Shown here piece by piece: positions 1-10,260 of a stretch of DNA of 64,000 bases (positions within the stretch are counted from its first letter, which is position 1; every line of letters begins with the position of its first letter). This DNA comes from an uncultured bacterium (GTDB lineage Bacteria > Verrucomicrobiota > Verrucomicrobiia > Limisphaerales > UBA8199). The stretch lies in the NCBI GenBank assembly GCA_963749495.1, contig CAVVMW010000023.1, positions 288,001 through 352,000 on the forward strand, written 5' to 3'. A model generated the notes under the pieces. The model worked only from the letters and a program-made list of their open reading frames with translations, did not search any database and was not told where the DNA came from. The translations under genes and the position numbers were made by a program.

Positions 1-162
1 CCGCATCATGATGGGCACTGGGAGGCGACCCTCGATTTAGGGCTGGGACGGCATGAATAGAAGTTCGCGGTCAACGAGCACTGGATACCCGATCCGCTCG
101 GGCACGAGCACATTTGGAAGCATCACGACACGCTCAATTCGGTGATTGAAGTCCGGGCCTGA
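1..162 (+). pseudogene. 3' part of a glycogen-binding (CBM48 / isoamylase early-set-like) domain gene with an in-frame TAG
   Basis: Frame +1 reads PHHDGHWEATLDLGLGRHE*KFAVNEHWIPDPLGHEHIWKHHDTLNSVIEVRA*, matching the G-x-W...G-x-x-EYKF-x-V-x-x-x-W-x-x-DP...NSV pattern. TAG at 58-60 replaces the conserved Tyr. Confidence 0.7.
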
Positions 163-970
163 TTATAGCGGATAGCGACTGCGGCTGACCGCAGGTCCAC
201 AGCGCGGTGGCGGCGCTTGTCCAGCGCCAGTTCTGGCACAGAGCCCATCCCGCCCCATTCACCAGCCCGACTGTGAGGATGAGGATGACGTTCCGCCAGT
301 CCCGGCGCCCGGCCTCATAGGCCAGAAAGCCCAGGTAGAGCCCCAGGTGGGTAATGGCGGCCCGGTTGTCGTTGATGAGCCGGCGAAGATTCGGATTGGC
401 ATGGAGGTCTTGATACTGCGCCTGCATCGTCTTGTAGAGCGGGAGAAAGACTTCCGGCAGACTGTCGAACAGAATCCTGGCCAGCCACGCTGCTCCCAGC
501 CCGCACGCCAGCCGGAAGCACCAGTTCTGAATGCGCGCCGGCCGCCCGCAGCGGCACCAGGCCAGCAGGCAGGCCCCCAGCCCGGCCCACGGCACGCCGG
601 CGATGAAAAGCCAGGCGAAACCGTAGGCCCTCGAGATCGGCACGCTTTGCCCCGCCGCCGTATTGGTCTGGAGGCGGCCGTCAAAGAAACTGGGCCACTG
701 CATCCAGCCGCGGCTTCCGGAGATGCCAATCCCGATAGTCAGGGCCAGGATGATCCAGCCCGACGCATAGGGCCGAGATTGCCGGCCCCCCGGCTCGCGG
801 GCGATGAACCACCAGGCCGTGCCCCAGGTCACGCCCGCAAAAATGCAGCCGTTCATCCCCCCGAACCCGGAGCAGCCCCGCACCGCCCAGGCCATCCCCC
901 CGAGCGCCGCAAACAGCAGCACCGGCAGGACCAGGTCCTGCGCCAGATCCCGTTGGTTGTCTTTGCCCAT
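134..970 (-). CDS. Hypothetical polytopic membrane protein, possibly 3'-truncated
   Basis: ATG at 970 (MGKDNQRDLAQDLVLPVLLFAALGG...) with several Gly/Trp-rich hydrophobic segments. The tail after QNWRW looks non-native and overlaps the convergent gene. Confidence 0.65.
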   Translation of the reverse strand: MGKDNQRDLAQDLVLPVLLFAALGGMAWAVRGCSGFGGMNGCIFAGVTWGTAWWFIAREPGGRQSRPYASGWIILALTIGIGISGSRGWMQWPSFFDGRLQTNTAAGQSVPISRAYGFAWLFIAGVPWAGLGACLLAWCRCGRPARIQNWCFRLACGLGAAWLARILFDSLPEVFLPLYKTMQAQYQDLHANPNLRRLINDNRAAITHLGLYLGFLAYEAGRRDWRNVILILTVGLVNGAGWALCQNWRWTSAATALWTCGQPQSLSAIIRPGLQSPN

Positions 971-978
971 ACTGTTCT

Positions 979-1182
979 TCACCGCGGAGCGGTGCCTGAT
1001 GGTAGCCGTGGACTTCCAGTCCACGGACCCATGGCTCCGCCCACCCGCGTCGCGTAGCGACGGCTGAAAACATCTGCCAGCGCCACGATGTCAGGCGTCG
1101 CTACGCGACGCGAGACCATTTCCACGCCCCAGACCGTGGACCGAGGTCCACGGCTACCTTCACCGCGTCGCGCCGCGACGCG
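979..1182. repeat. REP-like palindromic element, family A
   Basis: Nested inverted repeats gtagccgtggac...gtccacgg and cgtcgcgtagcgacg / cgtcgctacgcgacg. A similar inverted copy lies at 63484-63679. Confidence 0.85.
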
Positions 1183-1951
1183 GAACTCCCCCCGGACTTT
1201 GGTTGCGGGTCACATCCGCCTTGGAGAGTGCCTCGATCTCCTCTTGCGTGAGGTGCCGGAAGGCGCCTTTGGGCAAGTCGCCCAGCGGCAGCGGGCCGAT
1301 GGACACGCGAACCAATCGGAGCACCCCGGCGCCCAGCGCAGCCAGCAGGCGGCGGAGGTGGCGGTTGCGGCCCTCATCGAGCACGACCTCCAGCCAACTG
1401 GTCCGGCCGCCCCGGCGCAGGATGCGGGCCCGCTTTGCCGAAAGCCACTCGCCTTGGACCGCCACTCCCGCCTCCATCGAGCGGGCCAGTGGCTCGTCTG
1501 CCACGCGATCCACCTGGACATGATAGAGCTTATCAATGTGGCTGGCCGGGTCGGTCAGGCGCGCCGCCCAATCGGTGTCGTTGGTGAAGAGCAGCAGACC
1601 CTCGCTGGCCTGGTCGAGCCGGCCCACCGGCGCGACAAACGGCAGGCCCCGGCCCGCCAGGCACTCGCAGACCGTCGCGCGGCCCTTCTCGTCCGAAACG
1701 GTGGTGACCAGTCCGCGCGGTTTGTTGAGCATCAGATAGACCTTCGCCCGGGGACGGACCTCCTGCGCGTCCACATCGAGCTGGTCGCCTTTGGGGTCCA
1801 CGCGCCACTCAGGGTCGCGGCGCACCACGCCGTTGACGCGCACGCGCCCGGCCTGGATGACCGCCCAGGCCCGGCTCCGCGAGCAGTAGCCCAGCTTCGA
1901 CAAGGCCCGCGCCAGGCCGGTCTTGCCGTGCGCCTGCAACCGAGGGTTCAA
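1160..1951 (-). CDS. rRNA pseudouridine synthase, RsuA/RluB family, with S4 domain
   Basis: S4-like LARALSKLGYCSRS, LNKPRG, catalytic VGRLDQASEGLLLFTND, and LDEGRNRHLRR. Start (TTG 1951) is approximate. Confidence 0.93.
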   Translation of the reverse strand: MNPRLQAHGKTGLARALSKLGYCSRSRAWAVIQAGRVRVNGVVRRDPEWRVDPKGDQLDVDAQEVRPRAKVYLMLNKPRGLVTTVSDEKGRATVCECLAGRGLPFVAPVGRLDQASEGLLLFTNDTDWAARLTDPASHIDKLYHVQVDRVADEPLARSMEAGVAVQGEWLSAKRARILRRGGRTSWLEVVLDEGRNRHLRRLLAALGAGVLRLVRVSIGPLPLGDLPKGAFRHLTQEEIEALSKADVTRNQSPGGVPRRGATR

Positions 1952-2096
1952 GGAAAGCCCGTTGGTCCGATGATTCAAGGCAAGTTGGCTGATTTGACTT
2001 GCGCCATGGACCCAATGTCTGTGGAGCACACCGGCAGGTCAAGGCGCAATCGGTTCGGGCCGCAATCGGATCGGGCCATCGGATCGGGCTTGGCCC

Positions 2097-2358
2097 GCGA
2101 TTAAAACTGTCGGTCGGCGCACGGCGGCTTTTTGCCCCGAAGGGGCTTCCGAGAATAGCCCGGCGTTTCAACGCCGGGTGAGCGGACCCAACGAGCCTGT
2201 CCGTCCCGAAGGGACGGCTGAAAGAAGCGAGTGTTCTCAGTCGTCCCTTCGGGACGAGGGTGCTTTGTGTGGCCTTCCCGGCGTTGAAACGCCGGGCTAT
2301 TGTCAGATGTCCCTCCGGGACAAAACTCCCGAGGCGCATGCCCGACGCTTTTAATCGC
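2097..2358. mobile_element. Non-autonomous palindromic element (MITE/REP doublet), family B
   Basis: Outer inverted repeat gcgattaaaa...ttttaatcgc. Inner aatagcccggcgtttcaacgccggg / cccggcgttgaaacgccgggctatt and gtcccgaagggac hairpins. Copies at about 31719-31967 and 59601-59866. Confidence 0.85.
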
Positions 2359-2430
2359 GCCGCCGGGCTTGGCGCGCCTTGAATCCTCTTGCGTTGCGAT
2401 GCACATTGGCACGAGCGCGTGCCTGGTTTT

Positions 2431-3543
2431 ATGGATTGGCGCAAACCTTTTCTGGAGCATTTCGGTCCCGGCGTGCTTGGGGGCATCACGCTGCCGGACT
2501 GGCTGAGGCTCCTTCGAGCCGAGGGGGCGGGGATTGATTTCTCGCGCCTGCGCCGGGCCATTGCCATCACCGCACAAAGCATCAAGAATACGGGGATGGG
2601 GGCGGCGGAACACCGGCGCTATGACGCCGCAATCGAGAAGGTCACCCTCCAGCCGCCGCTTTTCGTCCTGGGCCATTGGCGAAGCGGCACCACGCATCTG
2701 CACGAGTTGATTGCCCAGGACGGCCGGTTCGCCTTCCCTAACACATACCAGGTCTCCTTCCCGCACACCTTCCTTTGCACGGAGCCAGCCGATGCGCGGA
2801 TGGTCTCGTTCTTCATTCCGAAAGAGAGGCCCATGGACGCAATGAGATTAAGCGTGGCATCCCCGCAAGAGGACGAATTCGGTGTTTGCGCGGCCAGTCT
2901 GAAATCGCCCTATCTGAGCATGGTCTTTCCGCGCCAGAGGGCGAAGTTCCAAAGGTATCTCACGTTTCGAGGAGTTGAGGCGGCGGAGATCGCGGCCTGG
3001 AGCGAGGCGCTCGTCCGGTTGCTCAAGAAGGTGCAATATCGCTCTGGCCGTCCCTTGGTTGTCAAGTCGCCGCCGCACACAGCCAGGCTGCGGTTGCTCC
3101 TCGAGCTGTTCCCGCAGGCCAGGTTCGTCCACATTCATCGGGACCCTTACCGGGTTTTCCAATCCACCCGTCGGCTCTTCCCGATCATGTTCGCGTGGCA
3201 CGGCCTGCAACGCCCGCCCCCGGCGGACCTGGACGAGTGGGTCCTCAGCCAATACCGGGAAATGTACGAGGCCTTCTTTGCCGACAGAAACCTGGTTCCC
3301 GCAGGCAGGCTGCACGAGATGAGTTTCGAAGCGTTGGAAAAAGATCCGGTCGGCGAAGTGGGAAAAATGTATGAGGCCCTCGGCCTCTTTGATTTCGAGG
3401 GCTTTCGGCTGGCGCTCCAAAGTTACGTCAATTCACTGGCCGGCTACCGCAAAAACACGTATGCGGACCTGCCCGCGGAACTCAAGGCAAGGATATTTGA
3501 CTCGTGGAGGTTCTGCTTCGAGGAATGGGGCTATGGCGCATGA
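2431..3543 (+). CDS. Sulfotransferase family protein
   Basis: PAPS-binding PPLFVLGHWRSGTTHLH, plus PQEDEF, VVKSPPHTARL and FVHIHRDP motifs. Confidence 0.9.
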   Translation: MDWRKPFLEHFGPGVLGGITLPDWLRLLRAEGAGIDFSRLRRAIAITAQSIKNTGMGAAEHRRYDAAIEKVTLQPPLFVLGHWRSGTTHLHELIAQDGRFAFPNTYQVSFPHTFLCTEPADARMVSFFIPKERPMDAMRLSVASPQEDEFGVCAASLKSPYLSMVFPRQRAKFQRYLTFRGVEAAEIAAWSEALVRLLKKVQYRSGRPLVVKSPPHTARLRLLLELFPQARFVHIHRDPYRVFQSTRRLFPIMFAWHGLQRPPPADLDEWVLSQYREMYEAFFADRNLVPAGRLHEMSFEALEKDPVGEVGKMYEALGLFDFEGFRLALQSYVNSLAGYRKNTYADLPAELKARIFDSWRFCFEEWGYGA

Positions 3544-3603
3544 TTCGCCCTGAATCGAGAGAAAGTTTTTGTCAGAAGCCGCGCCGCCAGCTAGTTTTCC
3601 AAT

Positions 3604-4197
3604 ATGAACGCAATCGCGGAGACGCCGGCGGCCAGCCTGGGAGAAATGATAGTGCGCACCCCCGGCATTCTGGGTGGCAAGCCTCACCTCAAAGGGCACC
3701 GGGTGGGCGTCCACCGGGTGGCGGGTTGGTGGAAGCTGGGGTTGAGCGTTGAGGAGATTGGCGAGGAACTTCCGAGCCTGAGCCCTGCCGAGATCTTTGC
3801 AGCGCTGGCCTACTATCATCTGAACAAGGCAGAGATTGACCGTTATCTGGACGAGGAGCGAAGCCTGTGCCGCAATGGAACTCAGGAGGAACAACTCGCG
3901 GAATCCGGTTCGGAACGCAGATTCAGGGAGTTGGCTGCACAATGGCGGGCCGGGACGACGTTTTCGCCCTCAGTTCTCGAGATGGCCGTGCACCCGGCAT
4001 ACCAGCGCATCATCGGGATGGGAAGGACTGCGATCCCCTACATCCTCAGAGAACTCTCCCGGCAACCTGCCCACTGGTTCTGGGCTCTCAGGGCCATTAC
4101 GGGGGAGAATCCAGTCGCCGCCGGCGAACGAGGCAATATCTCCGGGATGACGCAGGCCTGGCTGGCCTGGGGAGCTCAGAACGGCTATGCCTTCTAG
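3604..4197 (+). CDS. DUF433-type antitoxin-like domain fused to an uncharacterised helical domain
   Basis: N-half IVRTPGILGGKPHLKGHRVGV...EEIGEELPSLSPAEIFAALAYY is DUF433-like. C-half carries HPAYQRIIGMG...HWFWALRAITGENPV. Confidence 0.75.
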   Translation: MNAIAETPAASLGEMIVRTPGILGGKPHLKGHRVGVHRVAGWWKLGLSVEEIGEELPSLSPAEIFAALAYYHLNKAEIDRYLDEERSLCRNGTQEEQLAESGSERRFRELAAQWRAGTTFSPSVLEMAVHPAYQRIIGMGRTAIPYILRELSRQPAHWFWALRAITGENPVAAGERGNISGMTQAWLAWGAQNGYAF

Positions 4198-4624
4198 CCC
4201 TCTTGACGAGGTTTTTCCTGGATTGGCCGGCACCGCCTTCCGGACGACCAGTCCCCCTGATCCAGGATACAATTGTGTTGCGTGGGCTGCGGGTGACACC
4301 ACAAAGTGGTGGGAGCCCGATCCCTGGGAAGAGTATTACTGGCCTCCGTCTGCGCCTCGCAAATACACGGTTCAGGCATACCAGGCAGCATTCGAGTCGT
4401 TGGGTTACGCGCTCTCCCCTGATGGTGCGCGCGACGACAACCGTGAGCGAATCGCCATCTTCTTGAAGGAGGGGATCCCTCGACACGTTTCACGACGGCT
4501 GGCCGATAGAACGTGGACGAGCAAGCTGGGCCAGAACATCGATATCAGTCACGAGCTGAATGCGCTCTGCGGCGACCTCTACGGTTCCGTGGACAGCATT
4601 ATGTGCAGGCCCGCCGCAGCATGA
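4187..4624 (+). CDS. Hypothetical protein (DUF7689-like) with candidate Cys/His catalytic pair
   Basis: YNCVAWAAGD...WWEP...RHVSRR...WTSKLG. Start overlaps the upstream gene by 11 nt. Confidence 0.7.
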   Translation: MPSSPLDEVFPGLAGTAFRTTSPPDPGYNCVAWAAGDTTKWWEPDPWEEYYWPPSAPRKYTVQAYQAAFESLGYALSPDGARDDNRERIAIFLKEGIPRHVSRRLADRTWTSKLGQNIDISHELNALCGDLYGSVDSIMCRPAAA

Positions 4625-4714
4625 CCATGGCCGCGCTTGTGGTTCCAGGCAGAACGGGAATCCCTCTTCAACAAGGCCTGGCCAAGCGGTTGCGACAGGG
4701 CTAACCTTGAGCAG

Positions 4715-7103
4715 ATGGTTCAGTGGTCGAGGAACAAAGCGGCGGTCTTCTATTGCGGCCTGCTGGCGTTCTCTGCAGGTGTGATCGGCTGCGGAGCAGC
4801 CTGGGCCGCCTCGCTGCCCGCGCCTGGGGCCTATTCGGGTTCTTCCAGTTGCCGGGAGTGCCACCAGGAGTTTTACCGGTTGTGGGCGCCTTCGCATCAC
4901 GGGCTGGCGATGCGGGCATACGCGCTGGCGCGGACCAACCTGGTCGAGCAAAAAGCCCCGCTCCAGGCCGGCACGAACAGTTTCCAGGCTGACATTGCCC
5001 AGGGAGTCGTCGTCGAGCGCGGTCCTGGTGGACGGCGGAGCTATCGCATCGAGCAGGCGATGGGCGGCAAGAACGTCTTTTATTTCCTGACCCCGTTGGA
5101 GCGCGGGCGGCTGCAGGTCTTGCCGGTGGGTTTCGATTTGCGGCGCAAGGAGTGGTTCGACGTGGCGCGCAGCGCGGTGCGCCATGTTGCCATGGGGCCG
5201 GACGAGGCCCTGCACTGGACCGAATCGCCTTACACGTTCAACACCGCGTGTTTCAGTTGCCACGTCAGCCAACTCACCAATCACTACCGGATTGAGACGG
5301 ACAGCTACCAGAACGTCCTGGGCGGAGCCCGGCATCAATTGCGAAACCTGCCACGGCCCGGCGGCCGAGCACGCGCGGCTGGCCAGCCAAACGCCCAAGG
5401 GCCGGCCGCTCAAGGACCTCAAGCTGGTGAGCCTCAAGACGGCCTCGCCCGAGCAACTCAACTCGCTGTGCGGCGCCTGCCATGCCAAAATCACTCCGCT
5501 GGCCGGCTCGTTTTCCCCCGGTGACCGCTTTTTCGACCACTTCAGCCTGGCCGCCCTCGAGCAGGCCGACTTCTACCCGGACGGGCGCGACCTGGGCGAG
5601 AACTTCACATTCACGTCGTGGCGGTTAAGTCCCTGCCTCAAGTCGGGCAAGCTGCACTGCGGGCTTTGCCACACCTCCAGCGGGCGCAACCGGTTTCCAG
5701 GCGGGCAGGCGGACGCCGCCTGTCTGCCCTGCCACCAGGACAAGGTGAGCAATGCGGCGGCGCACTCGCGGCACAAGGCGGGGAGCCAGGCCGCCCAGTG
5801 CGTTGCCTGTCACATGCCGACGACGGAATTTGCGCGGATGCGGCGCACGGACCACTCGATGCGCCCGCCGATGCCGGGGGCCACGCTGGCCTGGGGCTCG
5901 CCCAATGCCTGCAATCTCTGCCACACCAACCAGACCGCAGCCTGGGCGGATCTACGGGTACGCCAATGGCACGCGGCCGATTACCAGGCGCCCACGCTCC
6001 AGCGCGCGGGCTGGGTCGCCGCCGCCCGCAAAGGCGACTGGTCCAGGCTGCCCGAGATGGTCAAGTACCTCGCCAGCCCAGGGCGCGAGGAGATCTGGGC
6101 CGCCTCGCTCCTGCAGTTGCTCAACGGTTGCGAGGACGAGGCAAAATGGGAGGGCATCAAACCGTGCCTCAACGACCCCTCGCCTCTGGTGCGCGCGGCG
6201 GCGGCCCAGGCCCTGGGCGAGGGGTTGCGGGCGGAGTTCATTCCCTTGCTGGCGGCCGCCACGCGGGATGAGTTCCGCCTCGTGCGCCTGCGGGCTGCTT
6301 ATGCGCTGGCGGGTGCGCCGCAGGACCTGGCGGGTCCAGGGGCGCAGCCAGGATGGCCCGGCCAGGATGAAGACCGCCCGGCCGTGAGCAAGGCCACCGA
6401 TGAGTTGCTCGCCTCGTTCCTGGCCCGTCCCGACGATGCCGCGTCCTACCACAACCTGGGTAACTTCCGGCTCCAGCGCCACGAGCACGCCGCGGCCATC
6501 GAGGCCTTCAATGCGGCCTCGAGGCTGCAGCCGCGCGACATCTCCCCCCTGGTCAACGTCTCGGTGGCCTACAACCTGGCCGGCCGCAACGACCAGGCCG
6601 AGGCCAGCCTCCGGCAGGCCCTCCGCCTCGCCCCGACCAACGCCGCGGTCCACCTCAACCTGGGCATGCTCCTGGCCGAGATGGAGAGATTTTCCGAGGC
6701 CGAGGCGGCCTTTCGCGCGGCCTTCAAGAGCGATCCGAAGTCCGCCCAGGCCGCCTACAATCTGGGCGTGTTGTTGGCAAAAGACCGGCCCGAGGAGGCC
6801 CTGGAATGGTGCCGCCGCGCCGCGCAGTTGCGTCCGCAGGATCCCAAATACGCCTATACGCTGGGGTTTTATCAATATCAGCAAGGCAAGACTGCCGAGG
6901 CGGCGGCGACGCTGGAGAGGCTCGCGCAGCAGGAGCCGCCCGCCGGTGAGGGTTACGCCCTCCTGGGCCGGATCTATGAAGCGCAGGGCCAGCCTGCCAA
7001 GGCGCTGGCGGTCTATAGCCGGGCGGTCCGAAACGGAAAGCTGGCCGAGGAGGAACGGGCGCAGTTCGCCGAGCGCGCCCGGCGGCTCGAGGAGGGCAGG
7101 TGA
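4715..7103 (+). CDS. Secreted multihaem cytochrome c with HEAT and TPR repeats (frameshift near 5310)
   Basis: Signal peptide and eight CxxCH motifs (CRECH, CFSCH, CETCH, CGACH, CGLCH, CLPCH, CVACH, CNLCH) across two overlapping ORFs. HEAT-like DPSPLVRAAAAQAL and C-terminal TPRs. Confidence 0.88.
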
Positions 7104-7267
7104 GGGAGCGGCGATTGGGACGGGTCGGACAGCCCGGACCGGTCAGACGTGGTGTGCAGGACAAGTGCTCCTGTTCTGCCGGGATTCTGCCGACGCGAAG
7201 GACAGGACCACCGCCAGCCTGTCAACAAATCCCGGCACGTTAGAGCTCGCGAGACCGGGCTTTGCTG

Positions 7268-7310
7268 CTCCCTCTCCCCGTCGGACGGGGAGAGGGCCGG
7301 GGTGAGGGGC
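7268..7310. repeat. REP-like hairpin, family C (single unit)
   Basis: ccctctccccgtcggacggggagagggccggggtgagggg. The same unit recurs near 15.5, 19.7, 30.5, 43.7 and 63.4 kb. Confidence 0.85.
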
Positions 7311-7561
7311 AGGCTGCGAGCGATCACGGCGGGTTGCCCCAGGCAGCGCCGGCCGTCACGCCGGCTCCCCCAAAAAAAGAGCGGCCCGCCGAACGCGGAC
7401 CGCTCCCAACCGTGCCAAAACCAAGCACAACACCAACACGCATCAACGACCAAAACCCAACACGAACAATGGATTAGAACGTCTCCCGGGCAATTTGTTC
7501 AATTTTTTGTCTCGCTCCCCGGGCCGGGCGGAGGTAGAGTGGGAGCAAGAAAGGCAAGACT

Positions 7562-8038
7562 ATGAGGAAGATTGGCTTGACCCTCTGCCTGGCATTGGCC
7601 CTTGGCAGCAACGCAATGGCCCATGGCCATTGTCACGGATGGTGCTTTTGGCCCCGGTTCTCGATCGAGTTTGGTCTTGGGGCTCTGTTCGGGTGTTCGC
7701 TGCGGGTCGGCCCGGATTACTGCCATGCTAGCAGCTACCCGGCCTGCAGTTGCGTTTATGCGCAGCCGGCCTATGTTTCTGCCCCGCCGACACCACTTCC
7801 GCCACCCCCAGAGGCGCCCGCCTTCATCCCCGACCAGGCACCCTCGGCTGCCGACTGGGTGCCCAGCACTCCTGGGGCCGGCCATTGGGTGCCTGACCCC
7901 GCTCCATACTCCTACACACCCCCGCCGCCGGTCCGCACAACGGCCCAACCCAGCCCCAGGGCCGTCCCTCGGCAAATCGTCACCGCCACCCGGTCCGCCG
8001 ACGGAATCCTAATCTACTCCATCACTCATTCGCATTGA
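7562..8038 (+). CDS. Hypothetical secreted proline-rich protein
   Basis: Signal peptide MRKIGLTLCLALALGSNAMA followed by a Pro/Tyr-rich body. Confidence 0.65.
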   Translation: MRKIGLTLCLALALGSNAMAHGHCHGWCFWPRFSIEFGLGALFGCSLRVGPDYCHASSYPACSCVYAQPAYVSAPPTPLPPPPEAPAFIPDQAPSAADWVPSTPGAGHWVPDPAPYSYTPPPPVRTTAQPSPRAVPRQIVTATRSADGILIYSITHSH

Positions 8039-8099
8039 ATGGTTGAGCGCCATGCGGAATTAGTTTGACTGGCCAGCACCAGCCGATAGACTCCTGCCG

Positions 8100-8540
8100 A
8101 TGGCCCAGCAACCGCAACAGCTCCGCGAGCTTTTTTGCCGGCGATACAACTGTTCCCCATCAGACTACCCCGAGTTGGCCTTCCGCAAGTGTCTCTACTG
8201 GCACGCCAAACCCCTGAGGCCCATCCTCCGCGTGCTGAACCCGGACTTCTTCTTCGAGGACATGAAGTTCATCGAGGCCCTGGGCCTGGCGGTGGACGCG
8301 AGAGAAGCGAGGGCGGACGCGGCGAATTTTCGGGACGTCAATCGCCACGCGCGGGGCTTTTTGCGCAATGCCTGGCGGCTCCGGGTGTCCGGCCGCAAGG
8401 CGCTGCACTTGGCCTGGGACCTCTTTGGGGTGAAACGGGCGCATGTGCCGCCGCTCGGGCCTGACGAGGACCGGCCCGGCAGCCACGCCGCGTCCCCCTC
8501 CGCCGGCGCCGAGGGTGAAACGACGGACCAACACGAATGA
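8100..8540 (+). CDS. Hypothetical protein
   Basis: 146-aa ORF with globular composition. Its stop overlaps the next start (ATGA). Confidence 0.7.
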   Translation: MAQQPQQLRELFCRRYNCSPSDYPELAFRKCLYWHAKPLRPILRVLNPDFFFEDMKFIEALGLAVDAREARADAANFRDVNRHARGFLRNAWRLRVSGRKALHLAWDLFGVKRAHVPPLGPDEDRPGSHAASPSAGAEGETTDQHE

Positions 8541-9595
8541 GGAGAGGTGGCGCCGCCAAAGTGGACGTCATGTTCGATGCGTCCTGGTGGAGCAGGTTCT
8601 ACGGGATAGCCTTCGACGAGAGCTACGTGCGGGCGCACCCGCGCCGGCGGGCTGAGTTGGAGGGCCGGATGCAGCGGGCGCTCTGGGAGCGGTTTGGCTC
8701 TGTGGGCCTGGGCACCGCCAGCGCCGAGCCGGTCCCGGTCATCTCCACCCGCATGACACCCCTGTGCCACCTCGTCGGCGAGGTGCTCGGCTGCGCCACC
8801 TGGTTTTCCCCGGGCAACACGCCCTGCACCGTCCCGCTCGGGCTGGGCCAGGCCCAGTTGGAGGCCCTGGAACCGCCAAAGGCCATCGACACCCCGGTCA
8901 TGCAGAAGCTGGCCGCAGACATGGACTGGCTCCAGCGCGAGTACGGGCATGTCGAGGGAGACCTCAACCCCCAGGGCGTCCTCAACAACGCGATGTGCGT
9001 GGCCGGCGCCGAGGTCCTGGTGTGGTTCCTCACCGACCCCAGCCTGGCCAGGCGGCTGTTGCGCCTGGTCACCGGGACGATGACCCAGGTGGTCGAGGCG
9101 ATTCGCAGCCGCACCGGCACCAGTTCCATCTCGGTCACCAACATCGTCGCCCAGATCGACCCGGCCCTCTTTGTGACCAGCAACTGCAGCACCACACTCA
9201 TTTCCCCGGCCACCTACCGTGACTTCCTGCTCGAATGCGACCAGGCCCTGGCCCAGGCCCTGCCGCCCTTCGGCATCCACCATTGCGGGATGGACCTGGC
9301 CAGAATGGCCCCCGAATACCGGAAGGTGCGCGGCCTGGAGTTCCTCGAGGTGGGTTGGGGCTCGGATGTGCGCCTGGTCCGGCGCCTCTTCCCGGACACC
9401 CACCTCAACGCCCGCTATAGCCCGCTCAAGATGCGCCACGCCGCTCCCGCCGCCATCGAGCGGGACGTCCATGCCCTCATCGATGCCGGCAAACCCCTCG
9501 ACAAACTCTCCCTCTCCATCCTCGGCCTGGACGACACCGTCCCGGATGAGAACGTGCTGGCCTTCTTCAAAGCCGCGGACAAGCACTGGACATAG
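8537..9595 (+). CDS. Uroporphyrinogen decarboxylase / MtaA-CmuA-like TIM-barrel protein
   Basis: QGVLNNA, SNCSTTLISPATYRDFLL and GIHHCG metal-site-like motif, with a C-terminal TVPDENVLAFF typical of the URO-D superfamily. Confidence 0.75.
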   Translation: MRRGGAAKVDVMFDASWWSRFYGIAFDESYVRAHPRRRAELEGRMQRALWERFGSVGLGTASAEPVPVISTRMTPLCHLVGEVLGCATWFSPGNTPCTVPLGLGQAQLEALEPPKAIDTPVMQKLAADMDWLQREYGHVEGDLNPQGVLNNAMCVAGAEVLVWFLTDPSLARRLLRLVTGTMTQVVEAIRSRTGTSSISVTNIVAQIDPALFVTSNCSTTLISPATYRDFLLECDQALAQALPPFGIHHCGMDLARMAPEYRKVRGLEFLEVGWGSDVRLVRRLFPDTHLNARYSPLKMRHAAPAAIERDVHALIDAGKPLDKLSLSILGLDDTVPDENVLAFFKAADKHWT

Positions 9596-10260
9596 CAGAT
9601 CCGCTCCGCAGTGAAGCGGACCGGACACGAGTGAACCCCGGCTCCCAATGCCTTCTTATTTCCCAGACGAGGGGCGAATTGGCAACCTAATCTCATTCGC
9701 AATTGTCAAAAGTTTAGATCCGACCCCAATGCCTTCCCCTCTGCGACAATCCGGTTCATGAATGCAAATCTCAGATCCATGCGGGCGGTCGAATCCAGGA
9801 ACCCAAGGACCACTTCATCCGAGCCCAAAGCCCGGAATATTGATTGAACACGAGGAATTTCACCCCAAGCCCCTATGCCTCCGACCATCCAATTTCAGGA
9901 AGTCCCCATCTGCCAGCATTTTGAGTTTCGTGGCCGTCGATGTCGAAAACTCGCGCTGAACATGGCCAGTGATGAAGACCGGAACGGCACCATGTTCCAG
10001 GCTGAAACCGAAGTGCTGCGGCCATCTTCTCAGTTGCCAATACACCAAATAGGAGAGGTCGTTCTTAACGGTGCCCGTCAATTGACGGGAGAGCAAAAGA
10101 CGCAGTCGGACCAAAAAACGGTTGTTTGATCGCGGCAAAAGCATAATATGAGTTCCATGGGGCCCAAGAGCAGGGGCCGCCAGGCAGCGGGAGAAGTGGT
10201 TACGAACGGCCTCAGCCGGAACGAAGTAACCAACGCAGCCAGGCGACGGGCTGAAAAAAC

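Noticed and set aside
58..60. In-frame TAG at a conserved Tyr, as possible stop-codon recoding
   Set aside because: TAG is an ordinary terminator for other genes here (for example at 9595, 13411 and 49036). A point mutation or base-call error is simpler.
7400..7470. A/C-rich strand-biased tract as an ncRNA or repeat
   Set aside because: It has no periodicity or fold and resembles unstructured leaders seen before other genes here (for example near 15800 and 45060).
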